Shown here: piece by piece, positions 38,901 through 48,757 of the stretch
Layout of the letters: the number at the start of each line of letters is the position of its first letter
Position numbering within the stretch: the first letter of the stretch is position 1
Assembly: GCA_041661185.1 (NCBI GenBank)
Contig: JBAZUV010000001.1
Location: forward strand, 224,721 to 288,720
Source: Elusimicrobiota bacterium
Lineage (GTDB): Bacteria; Elusimicrobiota; Elusimicrobia; UBA1565
DNA length: 64,000 nt
Direction of reading: 5' to 3'
Program-made: the position numbers and the translations under genes
The notes under the pieces: model-generated
What the model saw: the letters and a program-made list of their open reading frames with translations, nothing else
What the model was told of the DNA's origin: nothing
The model's database searches: none

Positions 38901-39205
38901 CCGAGCATACAATCGTCTTGGAACTCCCGCCCGTGCCTGCGGCTTCCGCTGAACCCGCGGCCGCGCCGGCGCCGCAGCCCGAGTCCGGCGCGGAGCATCA
39001 TTTCACTTTCGAGACGGACCCTATCCCGCCGCCTTCCGCGGAGATCGAGCTGGGTCCCAGGCCGGGAGGCGGTCTTGTCCGGCCGCGCACGCCCGGAGAG
39101 ATCGCCGCGGCTCTGCCCGGCGAGCCGCCGGCTTCCGCCGCGCCCGAGGAGCCCTTGGATCCGGATGCGACCATCCGGCTCGATCCGCCCGGGAGGAGCG
39201 CGTGA
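35996..39205 (+). CDS. CHASE2 sensor + TM + TPR-like + Ser/Thr protein kinase with Pro/Ala/Val/Glu-rich repetitive C-terminal tail
   Basis: CHASE2 motifs (VVLIAIDDDSIARMGRWPWPR). Kinase motifs GRGAMGIVY, AIK, HRDIKPANIML, DFG and SPE. Tail is (V/A)EAPxPEP-like repeats. Confidence 0.85.
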   Translation: MKKTWILDVLLGLAVSLFVGGSYVMQGAFLESLELKAYDARAKFRQSLEPPTDVVLIAIDDDSIARMGRWPWPRTRIAEMLDLLVAAKPKVIGLDILYSEPEVNPAIAELENLKTRYGELLQGRNIVQKKGVDFQNEFSSMAVRLDTDSRLLASLTTAQNVVLPMFFSGGGLLGAKPEELPPALSSAALTARVTRAEAGFQDVEGGKPVYPILPFLKASAGVGHVSIYPDLDGVVRREVPAVKYGASYFPSYALALTARYLGIKPDEILVTPGSSIELGKLKIPLDEQQSMLVTFNGPDHTFRYYSFHEVLNGKVSMDVFKDKIVILGPSAAGIATLYVTPVAQSLPSVEFIANVIENILGQRFLVRPPWAVRLELGLIAFCAFFVMFLLPRLKALGGAIITALLLAAAMGAGGWLFVERGEWIKVIYPCFLLAAGYVVIVTKRFLVTEKGKELVEASAIETNKMLGLSFQGQGMFDLAFEKFRLCPVDDNMKETLYSLALDFERKRQYGKAVNVYKHVSAHDPKYKDIVEKIKTLSAAAEGAVFGGIGQKGGEGTVMVTAGATKPMLGRYEIIKELGRGAMGIVYLGKDPKINRQVAIKTLMLEEGGTPEETKQIKERFFREAESAGTLNHPNIVRIYDAGEEQDICYIAMELLDGHDLTRYCGKENRLDALTAMEYVARVAEGLDYAHNQGIIHRDIKPANIMLLNDGSVRVADFGIARIAASSKTATGTVMGTPSYMSPEQIAGRKVDGRSDLFSLGVTLFELLTGEKPFKGGDGIGTLLFQIANEPEPEPLQIEPKLPRRVSAIVHKALKKNADERHQKGSELAAQLRACIEAVKSGAGDEAQTEEVTAAAVVPIVEAAPVVEPAAVEAPVPVVEAVPEPVVEASVSESTIVESPVPEPAATFEIPVPVQETAAVDAPVSEAAVMSAPVQESTFVEAPAPEPTVVEAPAPEPQIHLQPFDVPADSEHTIVLELPPVPAASAEPAAAPAPQPESGAEHHFTFETDPIPPPSAEIELGPRPGGGLVRPRTPGEIAAALPGEPPASAAPEEPLDPDATIRLDPPGRSA

Positions 39206-40011
39206 GCGCTTTGGAACTGGCCGGCCGCACGGACACCGGCTGCGTGCGCGAGCGCAACGAGGATTCCCTGGCCGTGGAATTCGACATCGGCCTTCTGGTG
39301 GTGGCCGACGGCATGGGCGGACATAATTCCGGCGAGGTAGCCAGCCGCACGGCCGTGGACACCATCGTGGGGAACGCCCGGAAGATGCTGGGCGGCAGCC
39401 AGATCGTGGTCCCCGAGGGCGGCGAGCCGGGGCGTTCCGTGCGCGCGCGCCAGCTCGAATATCTTCTTAAGCTGGCCAACACCGTGATCTTCGAGAAGGC
39501 CCGCGCTTTCCCCAAGGACCACGGCATGGGCACGACCGTGGTCGCGGTCCTGGCCGATGAAAAGTCCTTGACCGTGGCGCACGTGGGCGACAGCCGCCTC
39601 TATCTGCGCCGAGGCGGGACGCTCCAGCAGCTTACCGAGGACCATTCGCTGGTCATGGAGCAGGTCCGCCACGGCCTGATCACCCGCGAGCAGGCCGAGG
39701 CCTCCAATCTGCAGAACATCCTGACCAGGGCCCTGGGCACCGACGAGCAGGTGCAGATCGACGTCTCCGAGCATCCTCTGCTTGCCGGGGACACGTTCCT
39801 GATCTGCTCCGACGGCCTGACCAAGATGGTCTCGGAGGCCGACATCTCCGATATCCTGGCCGCTGCTTCGAGCGCGGACGATGCGGTCGAACGCCTCATC
39901 GCTTCCGCCCGCGAGGCAGGGGGAGCCGACAACATCACGGCCGTCGTGGCGCGCCTATCGGGTCCGCATGAAGGGATCCGGGGATTCTTCTCAAGGCTTT
40001 TCGGAGGGTAG
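39202..40011 (+). CDS. PP2C-family Ser/Thr phosphatase
   Basis: RTDTGCVRERNEDS and VADGMGGH motifs. GTG start overlaps the kinase stop. Confidence 0.9.
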   Translation: MSALELAGRTDTGCVRERNEDSLAVEFDIGLLVVADGMGGHNSGEVASRTAVDTIVGNARKMLGGSQIVVPEGGEPGRSVRARQLEYLLKLANTVIFEKARAFPKDHGMGTTVVAVLADEKSLTVAHVGDSRLYLRRGGTLQQLTEDHSLVMEQVRHGLITREQAEASNLQNILTRALGTDEQVQIDVSEHPLLAGDTFLICSDGLTKMVSEADISDILAAASSADDAVERLIASAREAGGADNITAVVARLSGPHEGIRGFFSRLFGG

Positions 40012-40016
40012 TCAGC

Positions 40017-40721
40017 ATGCCCAAACTCCTGCTCAAGTTCAATGCCGCGGTCATCAAGGAGATCCCGATCGATAAGACCGCGATCACCGTGGGCCGCAAG
40101 CCCGACAACGACGTGGTCATCGACAATCCGGCCGTGAGCGGGCACCACTGCCGCGTCCTGCTTTCCGGAGATACGTTCTTCGTGGAGGACTTGGATTCCA
40201 CCAACGGCACCTTCGTCAACGAGAAGCGCGTCATGAAGTCCGGCCTGCACCACAACGACGTCATCGGCGTGGCTAAGCACGCGCTCGTTTTCGTCAACGA
40301 GCAGGAGGCTGCGCAGGCCGCCGGGAATAAGCCCACGCCCGAGCCCGAGGCCACGGTGATGCTCTCGGCCAAAGCGCAAGAGGATATGGCCAAGGCCTCG
40401 GCCGAGGCGGCTCCCGGCAAACTGGGGGCTCTGCGGGTGCTCAAGGGGCTGGTGGCGGAGGCTGAGTACGAGCTCAAGGGCCTTTCCACCTATATCGGCA
40501 AGTCCGACCGCGTGCAGGTCCCCATCAAGGGCTCCGGGCTCTTCGGCTCCGCGCCCGAGGTTGCGGCCTCCGTTCACCGCAAGCCCGAGGGCTATGTGCT
40601 GGTGGCGGTCAAGGACGGCTATCCCGTGCTCAACGGCCAGAGCGTCTCAGGGCAGGTCCCTCTCAAGGACGGCGATATCATCGAAGTCGGCTCCACCACC
40701 CTGCAGTTCTATTTGAAATAA
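40017..40721 (+). CDS. protein with two FHA domains
   Basis: ITVGRKPDNDVVIDNPAVSGHHCRV...STNGTFVN and a second FHA-like C-terminal half. Confidence 0.85.
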   Translation: MPKLLLKFNAAVIKEIPIDKTAITVGRKPDNDVVIDNPAVSGHHCRVLLSGDTFFVEDLDSTNGTFVNEKRVMKSGLHHNDVIGVAKHALVFVNEQEAAQAAGNKPTPEPEATVMLSAKAQEDMAKASAEAAPGKLGALRVLKGLVAEAEYELKGLSTYIGKSDRVQVPIKGSGLFGSAPEVAASVHRKPEGYVLVAVKDGYPVLNGQSVSGQVPLKDGDIIEVGSTTLQFYLK

Positions 40722-40741
40722 GCCTCATTCGTTTAAAAAAA

Positions 40742-40780
40742 GAGCGGCCGCGTATTTCGCGGCCGCTGCTCTTTTCGTTT
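40742..40780. terminator. bidirectional rho-independent terminator (A-run, GAGCGGCCGCG stem, T-run) between convergent FHA gene and korB
   Basis: aaaaaaAGAGCGGCCGCGtatttCGCGGCCGCTgCTCttttcgttt. Confidence 0.75.
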
Positions 40781-40866
40781 CGTCATTCCGGCGGAAGCCG
40801 GAATCCAGGAACTGCTGTTGAATCGTACGCCTGGGTCCCGGGTCAAGCCCGGGATGACGACTTATG

Positions 40867-41891
<1,025 letters not shown>

Positions 41892-41895
<4 letters not shown>

Positions 41896-43778
41896 CCTTT
41901 CTTTGAACGGAGTATCTCGATGATGCGCTCGCGGATCTCATTGACGCTGAAGGGCTGTCCTTTGACCTTGTGCAGTCCTTCGACCGGGAGCATGTATTGG
42001 GAGCGCAGGATCATTTGGAGCTGGCCCAAGTTGAGTTCCGGGATCAGGACGCGCTCGAAGCGCTTGAGTATGCCGCCTAAGTCCGGCGGCAGGGGATGGA
42101 TGTGGCGCAGATGCACGCTGGAGACGCTCTCCCCGGCGGCCTGCAGCTCCTGCACCGCGGAGGTGATCATGCCGTAGGTGGAGCCCCAGCCGACTACCAG
42201 GAGCTTGCCCGAGTCCTTGCCTACGATCTTCGTGGGCGGGATATCGGAGGCCGCGCGGGCGATCTTCTCGGCGCGCTGCTGGGTCATGTGCTGGTGGTTG
42301 TCCGGGTCATAGCTCACGAAGCCCGTGACGTCCTGCTTTTCCAGGCCGCCGATGCGGTGTTCGTAGCCCGCGGTTCCCGGCGCCACCCAGGGCCGCGAGA
42401 GGGTCTTGGGGTCTCGGCGGTAGGGCGCGAAGGAGGCGGATTCCGGAATCGAGGCGGTCTCGAACGCCGGGAGTTCTTCCAGCTTGGGGATGCGCCAGGG
42501 CTCGGAGCCGTTGGCCAAGTAGCCGTCGCTGAGCAGGCAGACCGGGGTCATGTACTTGACCGCCAGGCGGCAGGCTTCCATGGTCATGTCGAAGCAGTCC
42601 GCAGGCGTGGCCGCGGCCAGAATGATGAGGGGGGACTCTCCATTGCGGCCGAAGGCGATCTGAAGGAGGTCGGATTGCTCGGTCTTTGTCGGCAAGCCCG
42701 TGGAGGGGCCGCCGCGCTGGACATTGACCACGACCAAGGGCAGCTCCGCGATGACCGCCAAGCCCAAGGCCTCGGATTTGAGCGCCAAGCCCGGGCCGCT
42801 CGTGCCCGTGGCCGCAAGGGCGCCGGCAAATGAGGCGCCGATAGTCGAGCAGACGGCCGCGATCTCATCCTCAGCCTGGAACACTTTCACGCGTTGGGCC
42901 TTCAGGCCCGAGAGCACCTGCAGGATCTCTGAAGCCGGCGTGATGGGATAGGAGCCGTAGAAGAGTTCCCGGCCCGCCCGCTTGGCTGCCGCGACCAGGC
43001 CCAGGGCCGCGGCTTCGTTGCCCGTGATGTTGCGGTAGCGGCCCGGACGGATAGGCGCTTTTCGCACGCGGTAGTGGTGTTCGAATATCTCGGTGGTCTC
43101 GGCAAAGGCATGGCCGGCCTGCAGGGCGCGCAGGTTGGCTTCCACGAGCTTCGGGTCCTTCTTGAACTTGGCGCGGATCCAGTGCTCCGTGGGCGTCAGG
43201 GACCGCTCGTACATCCAGTACATAAGGCCCAGGGCGAAGAAGTTCTTGCAGCGCTCGACCTGCTTGGGCGGGAGCTGGAGTTCGGCCAGGGCGCGGTCCG
43301 TGAGCGTGTTCATCTCGATGGGGATGACGCGGTAGCCCGAGAGGCTTCCGTCTTCCAGGGGGTTCTTCTCGTAGGCGGCTTTCTGGAGATTGGCGGGCTT
43401 GAAGGTGTCCGTGTTGGCGATGATGATGCCGCCGGGTTCCAGGGCCTTGAGATTGACCTTGAGGGCGGCCGGGTTGAAGGCCACCAGCACCTGGGGCCGG
43501 TCCCCGGGGGTGAGGACTTCCTTGGAGGAGAACTGGATCTGGAAGCCGCTCACGCCCGCGAGAGTGCCGGCAGGGGCGCGGATCTCGGCCGGGTAGTCGG
43601 GCAGGGTGCTCAGATCATTGCCTGCCGAGGCTGTTGTCGAGGTGAATTGACTGCCGGTCAGCTGGACCCCGTCGCCGGAGTCTCCGGCGAAGCGGATGGT
43701 GACCGCGTCGATCTCCGAGACCGGCTTGCGGGACGGCGGATTTTTCCCTGATTTTCCTTCTTTGGCTTGAGTGGACAT
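41892..43778 (-). CDS. korA: 2-oxoacid:ferredoxin oxidoreductase alpha subunit (fused gamma/alpha domains)
   Basis: 628 aa; pyruvate/2-oxoglutarate:ferredoxin oxidoreductase domain I-III pattern. Overlaps korB. Confidence 0.9.
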
Positions 43779-43857
43779 GGTTTATCTCATGGGGAGCGTC
43801 TGTGTGGGTATAATAATATAAAATCAACCTTAGCGCGTTTAGCGAAGGAGCGGCTCC

Positions 43858-45030
43858 ATGAAACTGCTCGAATACGAAGCAAAATCCATTTTCAGCGGTT
43901 ACGGCATCCCGGTGCCGCGCACCGGCGGGGTGATCACCAAGCTCGGACAGCTTCCAGCGGCTCTTCGTCGGGCGGGCAAGGGTCCCTGGGTGCTCAAGGC
44001 CCAGGTGCTGGCCGGCGGCCGGGGCAAGGCCGGGGGCGTCAAAGTGGTGAAGACCCCGGCGGATGCCCGCGCGGCCGCGCAGGCCATGCTGGGCATGAGG
44101 ATCGCCACGCACCAGACCCACGGCGCGGCCCTGACCGTGCGCGAGGTCTTGATCGACCAAGCCAGCCGCATCAGCCGTGAGATTTATCTGTCCGTGGTCC
44201 TGGACCGCCGCGAGGCCTGCCCCGTGGTCATCGCCTCCGCCGAGGGGGGGATGCAGATCGAGGAATTGGCCAAGTCCAAGCCCGAGGCCATATTAAAGGA
44301 AGCGGTGGATCCTTCGCGCGGCCTTGAAAGCTTCCAGGCCCGGCGCTTGGCCTTCCGCTTGCGCATCCCGGGCCCGCAGATCCCGGCCTTTGTCCGGCTC
44401 GCTCAGTCCCTTGCGCGCGTGTTCCTGGACTACGACGCCTCTTTAGTCGAGGTCAACCCTCTGGTCATCACCGGCTCCGGCGAGCTCGTCGCTCTGGATG
44501 GAAAGATCGTCGTCGACGACAACGCCCTCTTTAGGCAGAAGACCCTGGCCGGCCGCAAAGACGGTGAAGCCAGCGCCTTGGAGCTGCAGGCCAAGAAGGT
44601 CGGCATCTCCTACATCGGTTTGGACGGAGACATCGGCTGCATGATCAACGGCGCGGGCCTGGCCATGGGCACCATGGACACCGTGGCCCTGGCCGGCGGC
44701 TCGCCCGCGAACTTTCTTGACGTGGGCGGCGGCGCGACCGCCAAGCAGGTGACCGCGGCTTTCAAGATCCTGCTCAAGGACCGCAAGGTCAAGGCCGTGC
44801 TGGTCAACATCTTCGGCGGCATCATGCGCTGCGATGTGATCGCCCAGGGCGTGCTCGAAGCGCTCAAGAACGTGAACATGAAGGTCCCCCTGGTGGTGCG
44901 CTTGGAAGGCACCAACGTCGAAGAAGGGAAACGACTGCTCAAGGAATCCAGGGTGCGCCTGACCCTGGCCGACACTCTTTGGGACGCCGCGCAGAAGGCC
45001 GTGACAGCGGCTAAAGGGGCTGGCAAGTAA
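43858..45030 (+). CDS. sucC: succinyl-CoA synthetase beta subunit
   Basis: [23 protein letters not shown]-grasp N-terminus. RBS AAGGAG; TATAAT upstream. Confidence 0.95.
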   Translation: MKLLEYEAKSIFSGYGIPVPRTGGVITKLGQLPAALRRAGKGPWVLKAQVLAGGRGKAGGVKVVKTPADARAAAQAMLGMRIATHQTHGAALTVREVLIDQASRISREIYLSVVLDRREACPVVIASAEGGMQIEELAKSKPEAILKEAVDPSRGLESFQARRLAFRLRIPGPQIPAFVRLAQSLARVFLDYDASLVEVNPLVITGSGELVALDGKIVVDDNALFRQKTLAGRKDGEASALELQAKKVGISYIGLDGDIGCMINGAGLAMGTMDTVALAGGSPANFLDVGGGATAKQVTAAFKILLKDRKVKAVLVNIFGGIMRCDVIAQGVLEALKNVNMKVPLVVRLEGTNVEEGKRLLKESRVRLTLADTLWDAAQKAVTAAKGAGK

Positions 45031-45178
45031 CAATATGACCGATTGGCCAAGGGTGCTATCGGGCTGCGACTTCGTCTCTCGTCACTCACATACCGCAGAG
45101 GGTATGCTCGTTCCTCGATCCTCGTCTCGCTCCAATAGCACATTGTCCGATCAGTCATATTGTTACTTGTCAGCCCCT
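45016..45178 (+). promoter_or_regulatory. sucC-sucD intergenic structured element: about 43-nt imperfect inverted arms (45016-45060 / 45135-45177) enclosing a 74-nt loop with an inner hairpin
   Basis: Left arm GGGGCTGGCAAGTAACAATATGACCGATTGGCCAAGGGTGCTAT. Reverse complement of the right arm is GGGGCTGACAAGTAACAATATGACTGATCGGACAATGTGCTAT. The sucD RBS AGGAGG starts right after the right arm. Confidence 0.6.
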
Positions 45179-45191
45179 AGGAGGGCGCTTA

Positions 45192-46091
45192 ATGAGTATT
45201 CTTCTTAATAGGGACAGCCGCATCGTGGTGCAGGGATTCACCGGCGAGACCGGGACTTTCCATGCCAAGCAGTGCATGGAGTACGGCTCCCTCATCGTTG
45301 CCGGGGTCACTCCGGGCAAGGGCGGGACGCGGCATTTAGACGTTCCTGTCTTCGACACGGTCTCGGATGCGGTGAAGGAGACCCGCGCGGACGCTTCCCT
45401 CATCTTCGTGCCCCCGTCTTTTGCCGCGGACGCGATCCTGGAGGCCGCGGAGGCAGGCGTGCGCGTGATCATCTGCATTACCGAGGGCATCCCGGTGCTG
45501 GACATGGCGCGGGTCAAGCGCGTCCTTGCGCAGCGCGAGGCCGCGGGCCAGAGCGTGCGCTTGGTCGGTCCCAACTGTCCCGGAGTCATCACGCCCGGAC
45601 AGTGCAAGGCCGGCATCATGCCCGGCTATATCCATAAGTCCGGGCCCGTGGGCGTGGTGTCGCGTTCCGGCACCCTGACCTATGAGGCCGTCTGGCAGTT
45701 GACCCAGCGGGGCATCGGGCAGTCCACGGTCGTGGGCATCGGCGGAGACCCTATCGCGGGCTCGAACTTCACGGACATCCTCAAGCTTTACGAGGCCGAT
45801 GATGAGACTAAGGCCGTGGTGCTCATCGGCGAGATCGGCGGTTCCTCCGAGGAGGAGGCCGCGGAGTTTTACCGCCGCAGCATGAATAAGCCGGTCTTCG
45901 CCTTCATCGCCGGCAAGACGGCCCCGCCCGGCAGGCGCATGGGCCACGCGGGCGCCATCATCGAGGGCGGCTCGGGAACGCATGCCTCCAAGGTGGAAGC
46001 CTTGCGCAAGGTGGGCATCCGCGTCATCGAGAACTTAAGCGGCATCGGCGCGGCCGTGGCCGAGGCCATGCCCACCGCGGCGGCGCGATGA
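45192..46091 (+). CDS. sucD: succinyl-CoA synthetase alpha subunit
   Basis: [12 protein letters not shown] and SRSGTLTYE motifs; phosphohistidine loop. Confidence 0.95.
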   Translation: MSILLNRDSRIVVQGFTGETGTFHAKQCMEYGSLIVAGVTPGKGGTRHLDVPVFDTVSDAVKETRADASLIFVPPSFAADAILEAAEAGVRVIICITEGIPVLDMARVKRVLAQREAAGQSVRLVGPNCPGVITPGQCKAGIMPGYIHKSGPVGVVSRSGTLTYEAVWQLTQRGIGQSTVVGIGGDPIAGSNFTDILKLYEADDETKAVVLIGEIGGSSEEEAAEFYRRSMNKPVFAFIAGKTAPPGRRMGHAGAIIEGGSGTHASKVEALRKVGIRVIENLSGIGAAVAEAMPTAAAR

Positions 46092-46786
46092 ATCTGGCCA
46101 TTGCCTTCGGCGCGGGCCTGGCCAGCTTCCTCTCGCCCTGCGTCCTGCCCATCATCCCGCTCTATCTGGCGTATCTGTGCGGGACTTCCTATCAGAACCT
46201 GCTGGCTCAGACGGATAAGCGGACGACGCTGCTGCATTCGTTCTGCTTCGTGCTGGGCTTCTCGCTGGTCTTCATCGCTCTGGGCGCCTCGGCCTCGGCC
46301 TTAGGCGCCGGTCTTTTGCAGTGGCGCGGGGTCGTCGAGCGCATCGGGGGGCTGGTGCTCATCCTCCTGGGGCTCTGGATGGTCGGCCTGCTCAAGGCCG
46401 GCTTCCTGTATCACGAGGCGCGCTTTCACTTCCACGACAAACCCGTGGGATTCGCGGGTTCCGTGATAGTGGGCGCGGCCTTTGCCGCGGGCTGGACTCC
46501 CTGCGTGGGGCCCGTGCTGGCCGGCATCCTGATCATGGCCTCCCGCGAGGACTCGGTGCTCAAGGGCGTGCTGCTCTTGACGGCGTATTCCGCAGGCTTC
46601 GCCCTGCCCTTTTTGGCCTGCGCCTTGGCCATCGATCGGGCCACCCAGCTTATCCGAAAGCTCTCTCCGTACCTGTCCAAATTGGAGAAGTTCGTGGGCG
46701 GCCTGCTCGTGCTCATGGGCTGCATGCTGGCCGCCGGCCGCTTCGGTCAGTTCTCGTCGTGGATGTTCTCCCTCATCGTCCGCTAG
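46088..46786 (+). CDS. ccdA: cytochrome c-type biogenesis / thiol-disulfide transporter CcdA (DsbD core)
   Basis: LSPCVLP and TPCVGP cysteine motifs in transmembrane helices. ATGA overlap with sucD. Confidence 0.8.
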   Translation: MNLAIAFGAGLASFLSPCVLPIIPLYLAYLCGTSYQNLLAQTDKRTTLLHSFCFVLGFSLVFIALGASASALGAGLLQWRGVVERIGGLVLILLGLWMVGLLKAGFLYHEARFHFHDKPVGFAGSVIVGAAFAAGWTPCVGPVLAGILIMASREDSVLKGVLLLTAYSAGFALPFLACALAIDRATQLIRKLSPYLSKLEKFVGGLLVLMGCMLAAGRFGQFSSWMFSLIVR

Positions 46787-46787
46787 C

Positions 46788-46850
46788 CTGGATCCCGGCT
46801 TTCGCCGGGATGACATCCATCGTCATTCCGGCGGAAGCCGGAATCCAGGG
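46788..46850. repeat. REP/BIME-like palindromic element pair (cctggatcccggctttcgccgggatgac + gtcattccggcggaagccggaatccagg)
   Basis: Same family at 9609-9635, 40782-40858, 56060-56129 and 58484-58510. Each unit is an 8-bp-stem hairpin; the two unit types are reverse-complement variants. Confidence 0.75.
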
Positions 46851-46952
46851 GGAGTCTTTTGGGCCTAGTATAGGCTAGGTCCTTTATTGGTTCTTCCCTA
46901 GGTCCTCGACCTCAGTACCTTGCTGGGGGCTTTCCGATAAAATCCGCATGGA

Positions 46953-48647
46953 GTGAGTTCCAGATACCGACTCTTCTTCGCGGGGCTGATGCTTTGGCCT
47001 TGCTGCGCTTGGCCGCAGGCGGTCGTTGCGCCGGTGCCCGGCAGCGCGTTCGCGCCTCTTGGCGCGGCGGCAGGAGCGGCTGCGATCGCGCCCTTGAGCG
47101 TTGCCGCGCCGGCGGTTCTGCCGACGGCTCTGCCTGCGCTCAGCGGCGACTTGCGATTGGCCCAGCGCGTCATCGAGACCTTGGGCTCGGACCGCTTCGA
47201 GGGACGGGCTCCGGGTACGCGGGGAGGGGAGCTCGCCGAAGCCTATGTCCGGGACTTCTACAAGCGCTACGGCATGGCGCCCGAGAAGGGCAAGGACTAT
47301 CTTCAGCCCGTGAAGCTCAAGGGCTACACCGCCCAGGGCTTCTCCATCGACGACGGCCGGCAGACCCTGGAGTTCGAGAAGGACGTGGCCGGCACCTATG
47401 CCGCTGATGAGAAAGAGTTCGATCTCTCGGCCGAGGCGGTGTTCGTGGGCTTCGGGATCAAGACTCCGATATGGGACTGGGACGATTTCAAGGACGCGGA
47501 CGTGAAGGGCAAGCTCATCATCGCGCGGGTCAATGATCCCGGCCTCTACGATGAGACGATCTTCGAGGGCAAGACGCTGACGTATTTCGGCCGCTGGACC
47601 TATCACGTCGAGGAGGCCCTGCGCAGGGGCGCGGCCGGCATCCTGCTCATTCATACCGATGCGACCGCGGGCTACGGCTGGGAAGTGGTCAAGAACTCCT
47701 GGGGAGCGGAGGCCCTGCTTCTGCCCGAGGACGCGAACAATCCCCTGAAGTTCCGAGGCTGGGTGCAGGAGAAGAGCCTGGAGCGGATGCTTTCGGCGCA
47801 CGGCGTCGATCTGCAGAAGCTCTACGAAGCGTCGAGTTCCAGGGATTTCAGGCCCGTTCCCTTGGGCTTCTCCCTGCGCGTGAAGGGAAAGCAGGCTCTC
47901 CGGGAGCTGACCGCGCACAACGTGGTCGCCGAGATCCCGGGCAAGGTGAAGGAGCGCATCGTGCTCAGCGCGCATATAGACCATCTGGGCAAGAAGGGCG
48001 ACAAGATCTTCAACGGCGCCATCGACAACGGCTCGGCTGTGGCGGCCATGCTCATGCTGGCCAAGGAACTCCAGGAACATCAGAAGGACCTGTACTACAC
48101 GGTCACGGTCCTGGCCTCCGAGGCCGAGGAGGCAGGGCTCCTGGGCAGCCGGCAGTATGCACGCTCCACGGACAGGGACACGGTCGTGGCGAACATCAAT
48201 TTCGAGTCCACGCCCGTCTGGGAGAAGGCGAAGAGCATCATGGGCGTGGGCGCGCGCTATTCCACGCTGGAGGATTCGCTGAAATCCGTGGCAAGCAAGC
48301 GCGGCTGGGACTATTCCGAGTTTTCCTTGGTCGACCAGGGCTTCTTCTACCGCGCCGACCAGTTCTCATTCGCCCGCGCCGGGATCCCTTCGCTCTGGAT
48401 CAGCGCCGGGGAGGATGATCTCTCCGGCCAGCGCAAGTATTCCAAGTTCTGGAAGACCGATTACCACACGCCCAAGGACCGCTTCGACCCCCAATGGCCG
48501 TTGGGCGGCCTGGAGCAGACCGTCGAGGCCGCCCAATCCCTCATCGACGAACTCGGACGCACGCACATCCGCCCCCAGTGGAAAGGCGAGCCCCCCTTCC
48601 CCATGGATGGGGTTGGAATTAAGATGGATTCTGTCCGAACGCCATAG
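46953..48647 (+). CDS. secreted M28-family peptidase with PA domain
   Basis: Signal peptide, then HIDHLGKKGDKIFNGAIDNGSAVAAML zinc-ligand region. GTG start assumed. Confidence 0.8.
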   Translation: MSSRYRLFFAGLMLWPCCAWPQAVVAPVPGSAFAPLGAAAGAAAIAPLSVAAPAVLPTALPALSGDLRLAQRVIETLGSDRFEGRAPGTRGGELAEAYVRDFYKRYGMAPEKGKDYLQPVKLKGYTAQGFSIDDGRQTLEFEKDVAGTYAADEKEFDLSAEAVFVGFGIKTPIWDWDDFKDADVKGKLIIARVNDPGLYDETIFEGKTLTYFGRWTYHVEEALRRGAAGILLIHTDATAGYGWEVVKNSWGAEALLLPEDANNPLKFRGWVQEKSLERMLSAHGVDLQKLYEASSSRDFRPVPLGFSLRVKGKQALRELTAHNVVAEIPGKVKERIVLSAHIDHLGKKGDKIFNGAIDNGSAVAAMLMLAKELQEHQKDLYYTVTVLASEAEEAGLLGSRQYARSTDRDTVVANINFESTPVWEKAKSIMGVGARYSTLEDSLKSVASKRGWDYSEFSLVDQGFFYRADQFSFARAGIPSLWISAGEDDLSGQRKYSKFWKTDYHTPKDRFDPQWPLGGLEQTVEAAQSLIDELGRTHIRPQWKGEPPFPMDGVGIKMDSVRTP

Positions 48648-48757
48648 CGACATTTTGACACTTGAAAGACTTTCCGGTTAGGTCTTTTGGGGTCCTGAAC
48701 AAGACCCGATAGACCCAGGTAATTTTACCGCACGAGGATTATCCTGTACGGAATCGG

